Source: Podarcis pityusensis
Taxonomy: Eukaryota
Assembly (NCBI GenBank): GCA_964106645.2
Contig: OZ067044.1
Strand: one strand, 5' to 3'
Length of the DNA: 64,000 nucleotides
Shown here: positions 25,018 through 37,766 of the stretch, in pieces
Layout of the letters: each line of letters starts with the position of its first letter
Position numbering within the stretch: the first letter of the stretch is position 1
Notes under the pieces: generated by a model
What the model was told of the DNA's origin: nothing
The model's database searches: none
What the model saw: the letters and a program-made list of their open reading frames with translations, nothing else
Position numbers and translations under genes: made by a program

Positions 25018-25625
25018 CTAGAGGGAAACAGAGGTTCATTTATTTATTTGGTTTATTTTGTTTCTTCAGTTTTCAGCACACACCCTTCATCAACACACAA
25101 TCCCAAGGTGGGTTGCAACCTATAACAATGCAATACAATTTAACAGCAACATGCAATGCTGATGTTAAAACACCATATAAAATGCTTAAAAATATATCAC
25201 TATGGCTGCAGGAGGGCCCTTGCTCAATGACAGGCCATATTACTATATCAGACTCCAGAAAAAGCTTGGGCAAAGAGATGTGATTTTCAGCTGGCACCAA
25301 AAAGCAAGTAACATTGGCACAAAACATCTCTCAGAGGGAGGGGCATTCCATAGTCAGGGAATCATCACAAAGAAGGTCCTAACTCATATCACTGAGCAAT
25401 ATTATCTCACCTGGTAACTAGACCGTGAAAATCTTAACACATGGGCAGAGCCATTATCTCAAGTCCCAAGTTGTCTGAGGACTTTATAAGTTACCAGTCA
25501 TACTTTTAATTTGGTTTGGAGGCACCCAGTGCAGATCCTATAGAACGGGCAATCTACCCAATTTCTGGAACTCAAAGCTGCCAACCCACAGTGGAAGCCT
25601 CTTGATGATTCTGCATATCCCTCAC

Positions 25626-25712
25626 CTTTCACAGTATTGCCCTTCATATCCAGTGATGCAAGCATTGCAGTAGAAATCACTCACACCTTTCATAATGCAT
25701 GTGGAACTAAAG
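25626..25712 (-). CDS. LAMA1: LAMA1 exon 31 (LEc)
   Basis: FSSTCIMKGVSDFYCNACITGYEGQYCE; AG/GT. Confidence 0.93.
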
Positions 25713-26592
25713 CTTGGAGAAAGAAATAAAAAGAGCAAGTTTTAGAAAGAATTCATATATACCCACAAAAAACCTATTCACACAGGAATGTGTGTTTCTA
25801 CTACTTTGTATGCAATGGAGAGTGAAAGTAACCATCTTGTGGGGGGCAAGGATTTCTGCTTGTGCAATGGGACTTCCTCCCCGCTCCTCCCTCAATCTGT
25901 TCTGTGGGTTCCTCCAACCCTCCAGAGAAGATTGGGGGAGGGGGAGGGGCACACGATGCAGAAATCCAAGCCTCCCTTTCTCTGATGGTATAGCTGCTTA
26001 TTGCTGCATTGAATGCACACCACTGATTGTATGAACCGGCTCTCAGTTGGATATAGGGTGCTTCCAAATGGATGTGTATTGTGGAATCAGCGCTCCCCAT
26101 GCGCACGAGTTTTTGCAGTTCCACAAGGCACCGCTGGCATCAAAATATCAGTCCATGTTTATATCCAAAATATCAGTCCATTATATCCAAACTACCCTTT
26201 CTCGTGGAAACCTGGTAAACTAAGGAAAGGAAAAAGGGGGGGGGGAGGAAAAAAAGGAAAACCAGCAGCCAACAATCCATTTATGATATTTCAGCGATCC
26301 TTTTGCAGTATCGAGCTTCTGTATGGAAGCACCCATAGACACAATTCACAAAGAATATTCAGTGGAAAGCTACTGCTCTGGATTAGCCATTTCATCATCT
26401 ATCACCATTACTTTTCAAGCTACCCACACTGACCCTGATAATGGAATCTCTTAGCTCAGGGATTTAAAAACAAACCAACAGATAAATGAAAAATTCCTAG
26501 AAATACAATCTCTACCTTGCTACAGTACTACCTGGAAACAGTAAGTATAACAATAGTAATTATTAAAAACATCAAAGTTAATTTTTAGTTAC

Positions 26593-26714
26593 CTCCCTGG
26601 GCTCATTCTTGGACATGCACACAGAGAACAATCATTGACAGATCCAATCACCTTGCCGTAATAGCCTGGAGCACAAACACTGCACTGGTCACCAGCTGTA
26701 TTATCTCTGCAGTC
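26593..26714 (-). CDS. LAMA1: LAMA1 exon 30 (LEc)
   Basis: DCRDNTAGDQCSVCAPGYYGKVIGSVNDCSLCACP; AG/GT. Confidence 0.95.
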
Positions 26715-27423
26715 CTAGCAGGCAAAATCAGGAAGTTTAAGATGAAAGCAGAAAATTCAATGGAGCACATTTAACTTTGGTGGGAAAAGAAAAGAGACTG
26801 AAATCTAGAAAAACAGCAAGGTATAAGGAACAGGAACATTCCATCTCAGGCCCTAATATCCCTGCAAGAGAGGAACAAGTATGCCCCCACTTTGCCAAAG
26901 GTATTCCAAAATGCAGTCTCAATACCTCCCAAGTCCCTCAAGACAATTCAAGTCACCCCTACTCGTGACTAGCCCATGTTAATTTTTATAAACTGTAATT
27001 AAAGCTTTTGTTTGTTTGTTAACACTGCAATACTAAAACACTGAATTCAGAGGGCCTTACTTTATCAGTGAAGTTTAATTTGTTAAGCACAACCATTACA
27101 CTGCCAACCCCATCCTCCATTGCTGCAAAAATGGGTGTGTGTGTTAAATTGTTCCTTGTTGTTCTTTACAGACCTTAAGTAAATGCTTAAATGAAATAAA
27201 AACATGCCTCTGATTACGCACCAATTAATCCAAAGCAGTGTGCAGCTTCCATCCAAATGTATACTATTCAAGTGTAAAAAAATACTTCACATTTTCAATT
27301 TGGGAACTAAATAGGATTTTCATGAACTTTCATTCTTTGGAATTTTCTCCCCCCCACCCCCGCCGGTTGTTAAGTTATTGATACTGTGACAAAAACCAGC
27401 CTAGCCCTAGTAAGTCCACATAC

Positions 27424-27570
27424 CAAACACTTTCCTGTTTCTTGGTTGCAAACATCACTGTGATTGTTGCATCTGCATGGCACGCAAGGTGGGATGAATG
27501 AGGGGAAGGCTTTAAGGTTTGCAGACTTGTCCACATACTGTTTCTCTCTGTAGTATCCTTGTGCACAGTT
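27424..27570 (-). CDS. LAMA1: LAMA1 exon 29 (LEc)
   Basis: NCAQGYYREKQY...PCVPCRCNNHSDVCNQETGKCL; AG/GT. Confidence 0.93.
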
Positions 27571-27663
27571 CTACATCGTAAAAGAGTTGAACATGCTTTT
27601 AAACGGCAACTGAACTTTTGCTTGTTCAGAAGATATTTTAAGACTCCCCAGCAAGTAACATAC

Positions 27664-27784
27664 CTGGCATGAGAGGCCTGCATAACCTTCAGGGCATACA
27701 CATTTCTCAATGAGATGAGCAACTTCCTTAATCAAGGGCATCTCGTCAGCTTTCATAGCAATTTCCATAGAGACATTTGAGATT
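27664..27784 (-). CDS. LAMA1: LAMA1 exon 28
   Basis: ISNVSMEIAMKADEMPLIKEVAHLIEKCVCPEGYAGLSCQ; AG/GT. Confidence 0.94.
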
Positions 27785-28282
27785 CTAAGAGATAATTACA
27801 TAAAACAAAAAATTAAAAATGATGCAGTGATGTTCATTTAGGAAACAGAACCTGCAATTTGACTGTTTACTAGGGGTGTGCTTCAATCACAAAGTTTGGT
27901 TTGGAGCCCAATTCAGGGCTTTTAAAAAGAGCCTGCCTTAGGTATTGCCATTTATATCTTGACTATGCAGGTAATCTCTCAAATATGCACTAATAATCTG
28001 ATTCCTACTAATTTAACCCTTAGTTTCCTAAAAAATAATAATACTAGAACGAAAGAGTGCTTCACCAAGCACAAGCAGTTTCCCACATGCGCTGGGACAC
28101 TACCAGTTTTCCACTGCAAACGGCTGCACAGAAGGCTTGTTCTGTAAGGTACCATGACTTTCAGGGTTTTTTGAGTAAAGTGGCCCTTGAGTATCACTCA
28201 TATCAAGATAACATGCTTACTACCTTACTCACATTTTATCAAAGTTAAGAGCCCCTAGGTAGAGTAGTTAGCAGAGGTTTAC

Positions 28283-28410
28283 CTGCTTTGTTGTAATCCT
28301 TGACCATAGGACGCCTTTATCAAGATGTACTCAACATTGCTCAGCACTGACATGAAGTCAGAATGTGAAACAGATTCATCAGACACCGAATTAAAATATT
28401 TCCAGGCACT
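28283..28410 (-). CDS. LAMA1: LAMA1 exon 27 (L4b)
   Basis: SAWKYFNSVSDESVSHSDFMSVLSNVEYILIKASYGQGLQQSR; AG/GT. Confidence 0.95.
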
Positions 28411-29105
28411 CTAAAGAAAAATAAAAAATTTGCATCACTTGCGAACACCCAATGTTACAATGTTGTTTGATAGTATTAGTTTTGCAATTGAAGAGGAGAG
28501 CAACAAGGCACTTCCACAACCAATGAATCTGGTTCCAGGCAGAAGCCAAAACACTTAAGCTCTTAAATTGTCTTCACGTGCACTCTGATATGGCAGGGGA
28601 ATGGTTACAGACTGTGCGAGCAACATAAAATTACACTGTAGCCCATCCCTGTGTTGCAATATTGTGCTACGCCTGAATTTGAAAACCATAGTTTGTTGTT
28701 GGTTTATAAACCTTGGCTCATGTCAACCATGGCTCAGTGTTACTTGTGAACCCAGCCTATATCTTCAAATGGTGTACAACCCAGTCTGGGGAGGTATTAA
28801 AACAGCCCAAATGCAGTGTGCACCAAGCAAAATCTCTGCATTGCTGCTGTTATCTGTTTTCATCCATAGTATCTATAATGTTTTCAAACAAAGCGTTGAT
28901 CTAGGATTAACATGTTTCCACAATATGTGTGGAATTTTAACAGGCATCTAAGACTCCTTCCCAGATCTATAGGAAAAGACATTACATCTTGCTTGAGCAA
29001 AATGGTCCTAAGACAAATGTTGAGGGAGTTCCAAAGTAGTACAAGAAAAAGACTTTCTTGCAGGCAAAGCCTCTAATTCATCTAACTGAAATGTTTTAAA
29101 CTCAC

Positions 29106-29291
29106 CTCTATCATTTCTATTTCTTCATCTGTTCTTACTCCATTCTGTGGAGCAGGAATTTCCACATAGATGACTTGTTTACTGGTACGACCCCCTTTCA
29201 TTAAGATTTGTGGTTCGAGGTTTGAGGTTCCAGTGCCATCCAATGCATAAAAAGCTACTGAGTATTTCAATTTTCCACCATATGCCATGAG
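29106..29291 (-). CDS. LAMA1: LAMA1 exon 26 (L4b)
   Basis: LMAYGGKLKYSVAFYALDG...IEMIE; AG/GT. Confidence 0.95.
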
Positions 29292-30316
29292 CTGTTTGGA
29301 TGATAAATCATTACACTTTTATTTTCTTTGATAATTTTAACTGAAATCTAGATCAGGAGGAGGAAAAAGCTTAACTGAAACTCAGCAGCAAACCCTATGC
29401 TCCTCATCATTAGCCTGATATCAAAGTAGTCCGATATTGAGACTACCTTTATTCAGATGATTTTTCACATCTTGAAATTTAATGGAAACTTTGCAAGAGC
29501 TGAGATTGCAAAATGAAAGCAAAATACTTCACAACACAGATTTTCTGGAAATGAATTTAAATAAAGTTTGGGAGTGTTGATATTGCCAGTACACAGGTCC
29601 TTGCAAGACCTTGACGGTGTTAACAAAAAATAAGAGCACAGGTTGATCAAAGCCAGAATCTTCTTTTCAGCAGCAGCCAACCACAAGCTCTTCGGGAAGC
29701 TCTGAAACAGGGCATGAAGTTAATAGTTTTCTTCCACTATGGCTCCCTAATAGCTGGTATTCTGGGGTATATTACCTTATAACACAGAGAGGTTCCATTG
29801 GACAATCAAAGTAAACATTTGGTAAATATCTCAGTTGTAAATTTGCCTAATTTCCTTTAAAAGTCATCTAAAATAGTGGCCAACACCACATTGTGTGGCA
29901 CTGAATTCCATAAACTACGGTAAGTAAGTGCTATATGAAAAAGTCCTTTCACTCAGTTCTATTATTGTGCAAGCAGGCTCAAATCTAGCACAAAATCTAA
30001 ATATGCTACAGAAAATACTTTTGCTTTGACATGCATTTAGAAATAAGAATTGAATGAATACTAAAATTATGCACACTGATTTTTTAAAATATATATTTAC
30101 TTTTGTTTCTCTTCAAAGTTCTTAGAAAGTGGCAGTCCTTCTAATGTCCCCACCCCCAGAATATGTAGAAACACAGTCAAATCCAGATTTATTCATAGTT
30201 AGAGCGGAACCATTGAAATCAATGGACCCTAAGGGGGTTACATCAGTCACAACTATTTCAGTGGGAGTACTCAAAGAATGTCTAGGTCCGACTCTAAAAA
30301 TAACTCATATGCTTAC

Positions 30317-30496
30317 CTGGTCTCCCTGGAACTGATCCGGCAATTTCCAGTAAAAAGGTTCTGTAGTCAAGTGTTGTCGGACTGCTTTGACATCCATTAA
30401 GATATCAGGGATCTGGGAAAATACACCTTCACTGGTTCCAGTGAGGTTACTGTGAGAAACCACATACAGAACAGTCTGCTGCAGAGACAGGGTGAC
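30317..30496 (-). CDS. LAMA1: LAMA1 exon 25 (L4b)
   Basis: VTLSLQQTVLYVVSHSNL...EPFYWKLPDQFQGDQ; AG/GT. Confidence 0.94.
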
Positions 30497-31205
30497 CTGA
30501 AATGACAGACTAATAGGTCATACCTCTTTGTAAAATGCACTGTATCGTTTCTAGCTAAGCAAGATTTCAAATGATCTGTTTTCAAGTAAATAAAGCATAC
30601 ACATTATAACTTTGAAATTTTGAAGGAAATTAATTTTTTAGTGTGTTATATTCCTGTATTACTATGAAGTAGTTTCATAAAGCTGAATGGCAGTATATGG
30701 ATGCATCACTGGCTTTCCCATGTATAGTTCACAGGTCATGTCAAAGCAAGGCAGTGAGGGAGAAGCAGCCACAGCAGCAGAGGAATAAAAGGTAGCGAAT
30801 ACCTTCTTTGCATGATTATCATGGTGTGGCAGAACTTTAGGGTTGTACTATGGCCCTAGGATTACTAGAGCTCAATCCAATCCAAACTTCATTGACAGGG
30901 AGATGTATACAAATGCTAGTAATATTTTATTTGTTTATTACAAACTTTTGTATCCCACCCGCCAATCAAATTATCTCCAAGACTGTTTACAACAGATACA
31001 AATCAACTAACTCATCTGCTGCTATCTGGATGTCCAATAAAGGTGACAATGACACATGGTCTTAAAGCCTCTTCCCAGCTCTCTGCTGTTCTTGCAGTCA
31101 CTGGGATCAAATACGAGATCAAGCTGCGTGCAGATCAAATTATGACAAGACAAGGTTCAAATGCAACAGAAAACCAGGCACAGAAGGTGAAACTGCTTTA
31201 CTCAC

Positions 31206-31349
31206 TGGAACTCTCACATGGTCTTCTACTTCTGAACACGACTCTGACATCCCAGAGCAAAAGCATGAAATGCATCCCAAAGCATTGGTGGCATGAAGAG
31301 CAAACGTCCCAGGTTTGCATTCACTGCAATGCAATCCAATCACATTCTC
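31206..31349 (-). CDS. LAMA1: LAMA1 exon 24 (LEb/L4b)
   Basis: ENVIGLHCSECKPGTFALHATNALGCISCFCSG; AG/GT. Confidence 0.94.
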
Positions 31350-32224
31350 CTGACAAAGAAATAGATTGTTAACGCCAGTAAGGCTTGAACTGAACAGTTT
31401 CAGCTCATAGGTCTCCAGTTATTTATACAACTCAGTTTGCCATCTAGAGAACTTCTTATTTAGTATGGAGTGGCTTGTGGCATGACTGGAGTAAACGTTC
31501 CAGCCCTGACACACTGTGTGTCAGGGCAAGTAGTTGCTCCCATACTGCTTGCTACTCTTAACTGCTTGATCAACACACAAACCGTGAGCATGCCTGGTTT
31601 CATCCGAGTCCCAATCCTGCTCTTGACTATAGCCAGACTATAGCCTCCAGCACAGACACATGAGGAGGTTGTGAAAAGCAGCAGCGGTGTTCTCACAGGG
31701 GTAGTGATGTGTTCACGAGGACAAGGAAGGGGTGGGGCAAAGTGGCAGCAAGCTCTGAGTTGCCAGCAGTATTGTCCTGCAGGTGCATGAGCACTCTGGA
31801 CACACAACTGAACACCTACGAAAAGCTGACACAGCCAACCCAGAGCTCCTCCAATGCCTTGCCCCATTCCTGCCCTGACAAACTATTCACTGTTCCACCT
31901 ACTGTATATCATGTATGACTGAAGCTAATACAGGTTGCCTTATTTGTGTTTCTAAACCATAGTTTTCATTCTGTCCTGAATGCTGCTTGACGTCCTAATT
32001 CAATGTTCTAACACCCAATTTTGGTCTAAACTCTTCCCTACAAGGTAAATGTTTTGCATGTCCAGTCTGAAGGTTACACATTTGTTTTGCTCCTGTATTA
32101 ACCTAAACCTGGCTTTCCCCCCCAGGAAACACTAGTTGATGTCTGTGTAAGTGACTATTATTGTATTACAGACAAAGAAAAACGCACAAAGAAAAATAAT
32201 ACGCAGGCAAAGGTTTCATGCTAC

Positions 32225-32461
32225 CTTGCAGACACATGCACCAGTTTCCTCTTCACAGTTGCAGATTCCTTGATTTTGATCACACATGTCTACTTTGCTG
32301 CCACGCAAGTCACAATCACAAGGAATGCAATCTGGGTAGTCTCTATACCCCAAAGCACAGATAGCGCAGCTGTCTCCTCCGTATCCATTCTTACACTGAC
32401 ATTGAGCAGTCAGCTGGTCACACTGGAGACTGACTGAACCTATATCACTGCAATTGCAGGC
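32225..32461 (-). CDS. LAMA1: LAMA1 exon 23 (LEb)
   Basis: ACNCSDIGSVSLQCDQ...EETGACVCK; AG/GT. Confidence 0.95.
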
Positions 32462-33958
32462 CTTAGAAGAAAACAGGACAAGAGATATGTGAATCTTGCA
32501 AAGGTCATGAAGTTCAGAAACTATAAACTTTTGACAGACATTAAAACTTGCCAGCAATTTTCTGTAGAGGAAAGTCCAACTTTAGAAATTGAATACTTTA
32601 ACTTTATCAAAAGATTTATAATCTGAGCCCTAAATTATATTTTCCCTAAGTAGATAATATCGGTTTGCAGGTGACCATTAAACAACTAGAAGTGATCCAA
32701 TACAAGCCATCACCATTACAATACCTATAAAAAAAAAACCCCATCTATACAACAATTACTTGGCCATGAAGCAAGGAAAAGGAGGCAGAAGACTCTCACA
32801 ACACCCCATATGTGGGACTCCCTACCTCAGCAAGTTAAATCATCTTCCTCTTTATCAGTGTTCCACCAACATCTTAAGATAAGCTTTAAATAAGCTTTGA
32901 TTCTATTGATGTTTTTATTAGCTGAACTGCTGCTCTTCTCTTAAAAAAATATATCTGGAAATTGTAGTTTAGAAAAGGTTCTGATCATACTTTGTGAAAG
33001 ATCCCTGGTTCTCCTCGCATAATTACCACTTCCATAGTCCTCTGGACAGAGGAAAGGGTGTTAAATCTTACATCTGTAGAGTAGATAATCCCTTGAAAGT
33101 GTATTAATGGCTTCTTTTCACCTAATGAAGAGATTACTGAAGTCACAGCTCACTGGTTTGCAGTTTGCATACTGCATCTAATTCCTTATTATACCTTCTT
33201 TGTCTACCACTTACAATGTGCATGTCACATTTTTCCCCCTATACTAGCAGCTATAAGCTCCTAGCACGACGTCAAATCTGAGTGTTCCCATGTGAAAATA
33301 TGGAACTAGTCAAATTGTTCTAGAGCCACAGAACCTTGTTTTAGCTGCTTCTTCTTTTTGTTTTTTAAATGAAACACATTGTTATGATAAAGGTGATCTC
33401 CCTTGGAGGACAAATTCTAGCTTTTTGCTTCATACCAGCTTTTTAGAAATAGACTGCTTAGGCTTCAGGTTATAAATATTTTGAGAATACAGTTATATAG
33501 AATCCAAGGCTGTATTAGCCAGTTTTTAATTAATGCATTGCTGAATGGTATTTCTTTCTCCACAACCAGAAAAAGACTCAAACTCAGGGAAATTCCTTGC
33601 CCTCTCAAAGACAATGTATCTTGCTAGTAACACAATACGGCTCTCATTAGTGAAGATGGATTGATTAAGTGAAAGAAACTGTTATATACTGTGAAATTCT
33701 TACAGATATTTACCTTGATTCATGGTTAAATGTCATAAACCTCATATATGTCAATAAAGGGGATATATATTGTTCTAGATACAGCAAAACATAGGGTAGG
33801 AAGAAGAAAAAGTTTCTTTTTACCAGCATCAGCAAAACCAACATAGCAGAAGCTGACCTAATTTGTAGTGTCTAAATACCACAAATTCAATGTGCTATCT
33901 TGTGAAATATTTTTAAAAGCTTTGTTTTTTAAAAGGTTCCTAACAAGCACAACATTAC

Positions 33959-34095
33959 CTTGCACCCATTCTCTGGCTCAAGACCCCAGAAGTTCTCCTC
34001 ACATAGTTCACATTTTTCTCCTTCAGTATGAGGAGGGCAGATGCATCTTCCAGAATCTCCATCACAAACATCATGCGTATGAGCACAATTGCAAG
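33959..34095 (-). CDS. LAMA1: LAMA1 exon 22 (LEb)
   Basis: CNCAHTHDVCDGDSGRCICPPHTEGEKCELC; AG/GT. Confidence 0.94.
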
Positions 34096-34133
34096 CTACA
34101 GGAAGAAGACAGGGAGCAAGTAACCCATTTTGT

Positions 34134-34185
34134 CAGTGCTAGTAGACTAATAGCAGTGCTAGTAGACTAATAGCAGTGCTAGTAG
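34134..34185. repeat. 20-bp tandem repeat, about 2.6 copies
   Basis: CAGTGCTAGTAGACTAATAG repeated. Confidence 0.9.
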
Positions 34186-34333
34186 CGGTGCTGTAGCATC
34201 AGGTCCATCTCTGCCTTAGGTGGCCTCCGCCTGTGAGTTTATTCATAAGGAAGGAAGTAGCTCATAAACATTTCCTATAAAGTCCTTTCCAATGTCTGAA
34301 TTGGAACGTACACTGGTATCATCCAAGGTACAC

Positions 34334-34497
34334 TGTTGTGTCTTAGGTGTAACTAGTGCTTTTTTTTCTTAAAAAAGTGTTTAGGGGTATTCTCATTTTC
34401 CTACTCATATTGAAATACTGCCCCTCAATGAGGCCAAACTTAAGAGTCACAAAATGTTTAGGGGTATGTGTACCCCTGTGTCCCGTCCCCCCCAGAA
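34334..34497. mobile_element. Probable non-autonomous DNA element
   Basis: Internal repeat TGTTTAGGGGTAT twice and GGGGTA..TACCCC palindrome. Confidence 0.45.
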
Positions 34498-34832
34498 ATT
34501 CTTAACAGATTGAGTCAACGGTAAAAGCAAGATTATTACCAACGCACCTCCTATAATCCCCACACCAAATGGCAAAGGGAAAATTGGCACAGGAACCATT
34601 TTCATAAGCCCAAATCTTTATTCCAACAGTTGGATTAATTGGATTCCCGTTGTAGACAAAACTTGATGAGAAATGCTTTGATATCAGTCTGCTGACCAGG
34701 CTTTACAAATAAATAAATGCTAAAGAGGCTCACAACTGACGTTTCCCATGGTGCAGCACAAAGCATTTTGTTAAAAGAAAATTCGTAAGAGTTTAAGAAA
34801 CTGCCATGACCAGATTATGGGCTATAATTTAC

Positions 34833-35013
34833 GTGTGCAGCCACCGTCCCGGAATGCATAAAAGCCATGAGCGCAACGATCACACTTCTCCCCAGCCACT
34901 CCTGGCACACAGAGACATTGTCCTTCATCATTACAGTCCTCAGCAGTTGAGCCAGCTTTACTGCAGTTGCAGGGACGGCAGCCAAGTCCGCTACTTAGGC
35001 CGTAATATCCAAG
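34833..35013 (-). CDS. LAMA1: LAMA1 exon 21 (LEb)
   Basis: LGYYGLSSGLGCRPCNCSKAGSTAEDCNDEGQC; AG/GT. Confidence 0.94.
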
Positions 35014-35633
35014 CTGTCACAGAGAAAAGAAAAGTGTTTCAGCAATATTTCATAGTTCCCTGAAACAAAAACAATTCCTCTCTTGTTTTCATTTTCATCG
35101 CTGAATGCAATCCATTCCTGCTCTTTGGCCTGCATAAAAATAGTGCAGTTCTGCTAGGCAGTGTGTTGGAAAACAGCTCCCAGCTCACATTTCCCCCACC
35201 ACATAGAACTTATGGGTTCTACTGTGCCCATCAGAAGCCTTTGGAGAATATATAGGAAAAGCAAATATTGTTATTTTAGAAAGGCTTTTGAAATACACAT
35301 CCAGTTTCCTAGATGAAACTCCTTAAATGCAAAAGTTCACAAAACTTTCAACAAAAGTTCAACAAAACTGCTGCCCCCACCCCACCCTGCCCCCATTTTT
35401 GTTTGTCAAGAATCTATTAGCATATGAATAGATCCCAACATTACTTATCATTGAATAACCATGCAGCACAAGTAAATGAAAAAAAAAGTTCAACTTTTTC
35501 ACTTCTCATCAATGTCAAATACTACAATCCACATCAGTTACACATGTTTTTAGACATATATTTGGAGCTATTAGCCCAAATCTAAAAATTGCTGAGGTAA
35601 CCAAGTTCAGCACAGGGTAAGGCATTATGACTA

Positions 35634-35847
35634 CAGTGGACGCAACCGTGCGGGATGCACGTTTGCAACCCGCATCTGTGCACACGTGGGTTGCATTTTG
35701 GCGCTTCTGTGCATAGCGCGATCTAGCACTCCTGCGCATATGCAACCGCTGAAACCCGGAAGTAACCCGTTCCGGTACTTGCGGGTTTCGGCGGTCCGCA
35801 ACCTGAAAAAACGCAACCTGAAGCGGCTGTAACCCGAGATATGAATG
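35634..35847. mobile_element. Tigger-like MITE (same family as 59220)
   Basis: TA flanks; shares CCGGAAGTAACCCGTTCCGGTACTT core with the 59220 copy. Confidence 0.75.
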
Positions 35848-36261
35848 TACTATGATTCGGCCCATGTCTCAAGACAGCATGAAGGTTACCACCACCAGGC
35901 CACTCCACCAACACAAATATTGGAGTATAAATAGAGCATGGTATCTTCTGTCTGTCTCTATATATCTGACTGAAAAGAAAAGGCTGGATTTTCAGTATCT
36001 CTGCACAGGGCCAGGACCATAACACTAAGGTCATAGTATAATTGACAAAAGAGTAACTGCTGGCAAAGTGAGAGTGGGGGGGGCGGGCGTGCACAGCCTT
36101 CATTGACAAAAGGGAAGGCTTTCAAAGGGTGCTATTGCACCCACAGGCACTGCCTAGGGGGACACCAGTAAAACATGCGTAAATTACCAATAGAGCAAAA
36201 AGTAGAGCAAAAGAAGTAAAATCATGTGTGCTAACATCAAGATTTATTATTTCTTTCTTAC

Positions 36262-36368
36262 CAAACACTTATTGCATTGGAGTCCCACCACATTTCCTTT
36301 GCATTGGCACAAACCAGTCTTCGGATGGCAGACACTGGAAATGGAGCCATTCACATGGCACCCACACT
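36262..36368 (-). CDS. LAMA1: LAMA1 exon 20 (LEb)
   Basis: ECGCHVNGSISSVCHPKTGLCQCKGNVVGLQCNKCL; AG/GT. Confidence 0.94.
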
Positions 36369-37554
36369 CTGATGTGTAAAAAGCACAAATAAAAAAGCTG
36401 AATATAACCAGCTATTAACAAAATACTTGAATAACTTTTCTCTATGTGAGGTTTAGGATTCTATACCCCACTTTTGCATATTCTTTCCATCAATATTTTA
36501 AATTTGTATTTTTGGATCCTGGACTTAAAATTAAGGCCAAGATCTATACAGTGCCATGTGTGAAAGGAAAGTATTTCCACTCAGGAAAGAAGGGGGGCGG
36601 TTCTGTGTCTCCCCCCAACTGCAACTCTGTTCTACATCAATTCTGCTCTAGAGGGTCGTCCAACATTTGAGTAGCAGCGTTGTGGGATTCACAAGGAGAT
36701 GCAGTGAAAAGCAGAGGCAGGAACTGGCCCACAGACTATAAAGATATCTATGCATATCTTTGGAAAACAGACTAAATTTTCTAAAAAGAAAGCTGAGCAC
36801 CAGAATTCAAAATACTCTTTTATGAGCTGTATAAAATGACTGGCCCCAGCTTGAACTACAGAGACAAATCCATTGCCAGCACTGATGTAGCATTTGGAAA
36901 ACCCTCAAACACTCTTGCCTCATTGTTGTAAATAATGGGATATACAATAAAAATGGTTTTGACTCCATTCATGTTGAAATACATCTACCTCACTCTCTTC
37001 TTGAGATGTCCTTGTACCAATACAAAAGTACTGGAGGTGATGCATACAAAGAGATTAGGCAGGAAACTACTCTCATTGCAGGAAACACAAGTATTTTTTG
37101 CATTGGGGTGCCAATGAAATGGCTTGGATCCTAACTAGGCTTCCACTGACAGGAATGTCTCCTGGGTGGAGTTCGACACACAGGACTGTTCTGCTAATGG
37201 AAAGCAGAGAGACAACTGTCACCAATTCCTCCAAAAGCCCTGTGTGCCACCAAAAATCTGCTCTGGAGAGTTGGGGAAGTAGACAGTAGAGCAGCATGTG
37301 AAGCAGCAGAGGGAGATGAAAGAATCAGTAAATATTACCCCCACCCTTCTGCAAAAATGATCCTCTGCTGGAACATAGAGGAACACCTGTGAAAAGGAGG
37401 AGTCACTGTGTTCACAGTTAAGAGTAAAGTGATTCTATTTATTAATCCATTGATTTCCTCAACCCTAATGTGCCTTTTTTTAGGACGTTGCATAAAGCAA
37501 CTGTCCTACGTATACAAAAATACTTGATCAGTTGATTTAACAGGAATTACTCAC

Positions 37555-37766
37555 CACGGCAGTCTTTGCTGATCACCGCATCCCCGTAATACCCATCAGC
37601 ACAGCTTTCACAGTGTTGTCCCACAGTATTCCCAATGCACTTCAGACACTCTCCTGTTAGGGAATTGCAGTGGCCGTCTTCCGTGGGATCTACATTGCCA
37701 TTGCAGTCACAAGGAATGCAGGACTGCCCAGGGACCAAAGGATCACCATAGTACCCATTTGCACAT
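37555..37766 (-). CDS. LAMA1: LAMA1 exon 19 (LEb)
   Basis: CANGYYGDPLVPGQSCIPCDCNGNVD...SKDCR; AG/GT. Confidence 0.95.

Noticed and set aside
25707-26432. Cluster of ORFs in intron 30
   Set aside because: Low-complexity or repeat-derived; no homology recognised
29350-29414. Possible C/D box snoRNA on the gene strand (ATGATGA...CTGA...CTGA) upstream of exon 26
   Set aside because: Short, with a weak terminal stem, no C' box and no recognisable rRNA guide; consistent with chance
34134-34185. CRISPR-like repeat
   Set aside because: Plain tandem duplication with no spacers, in vertebrate DNA
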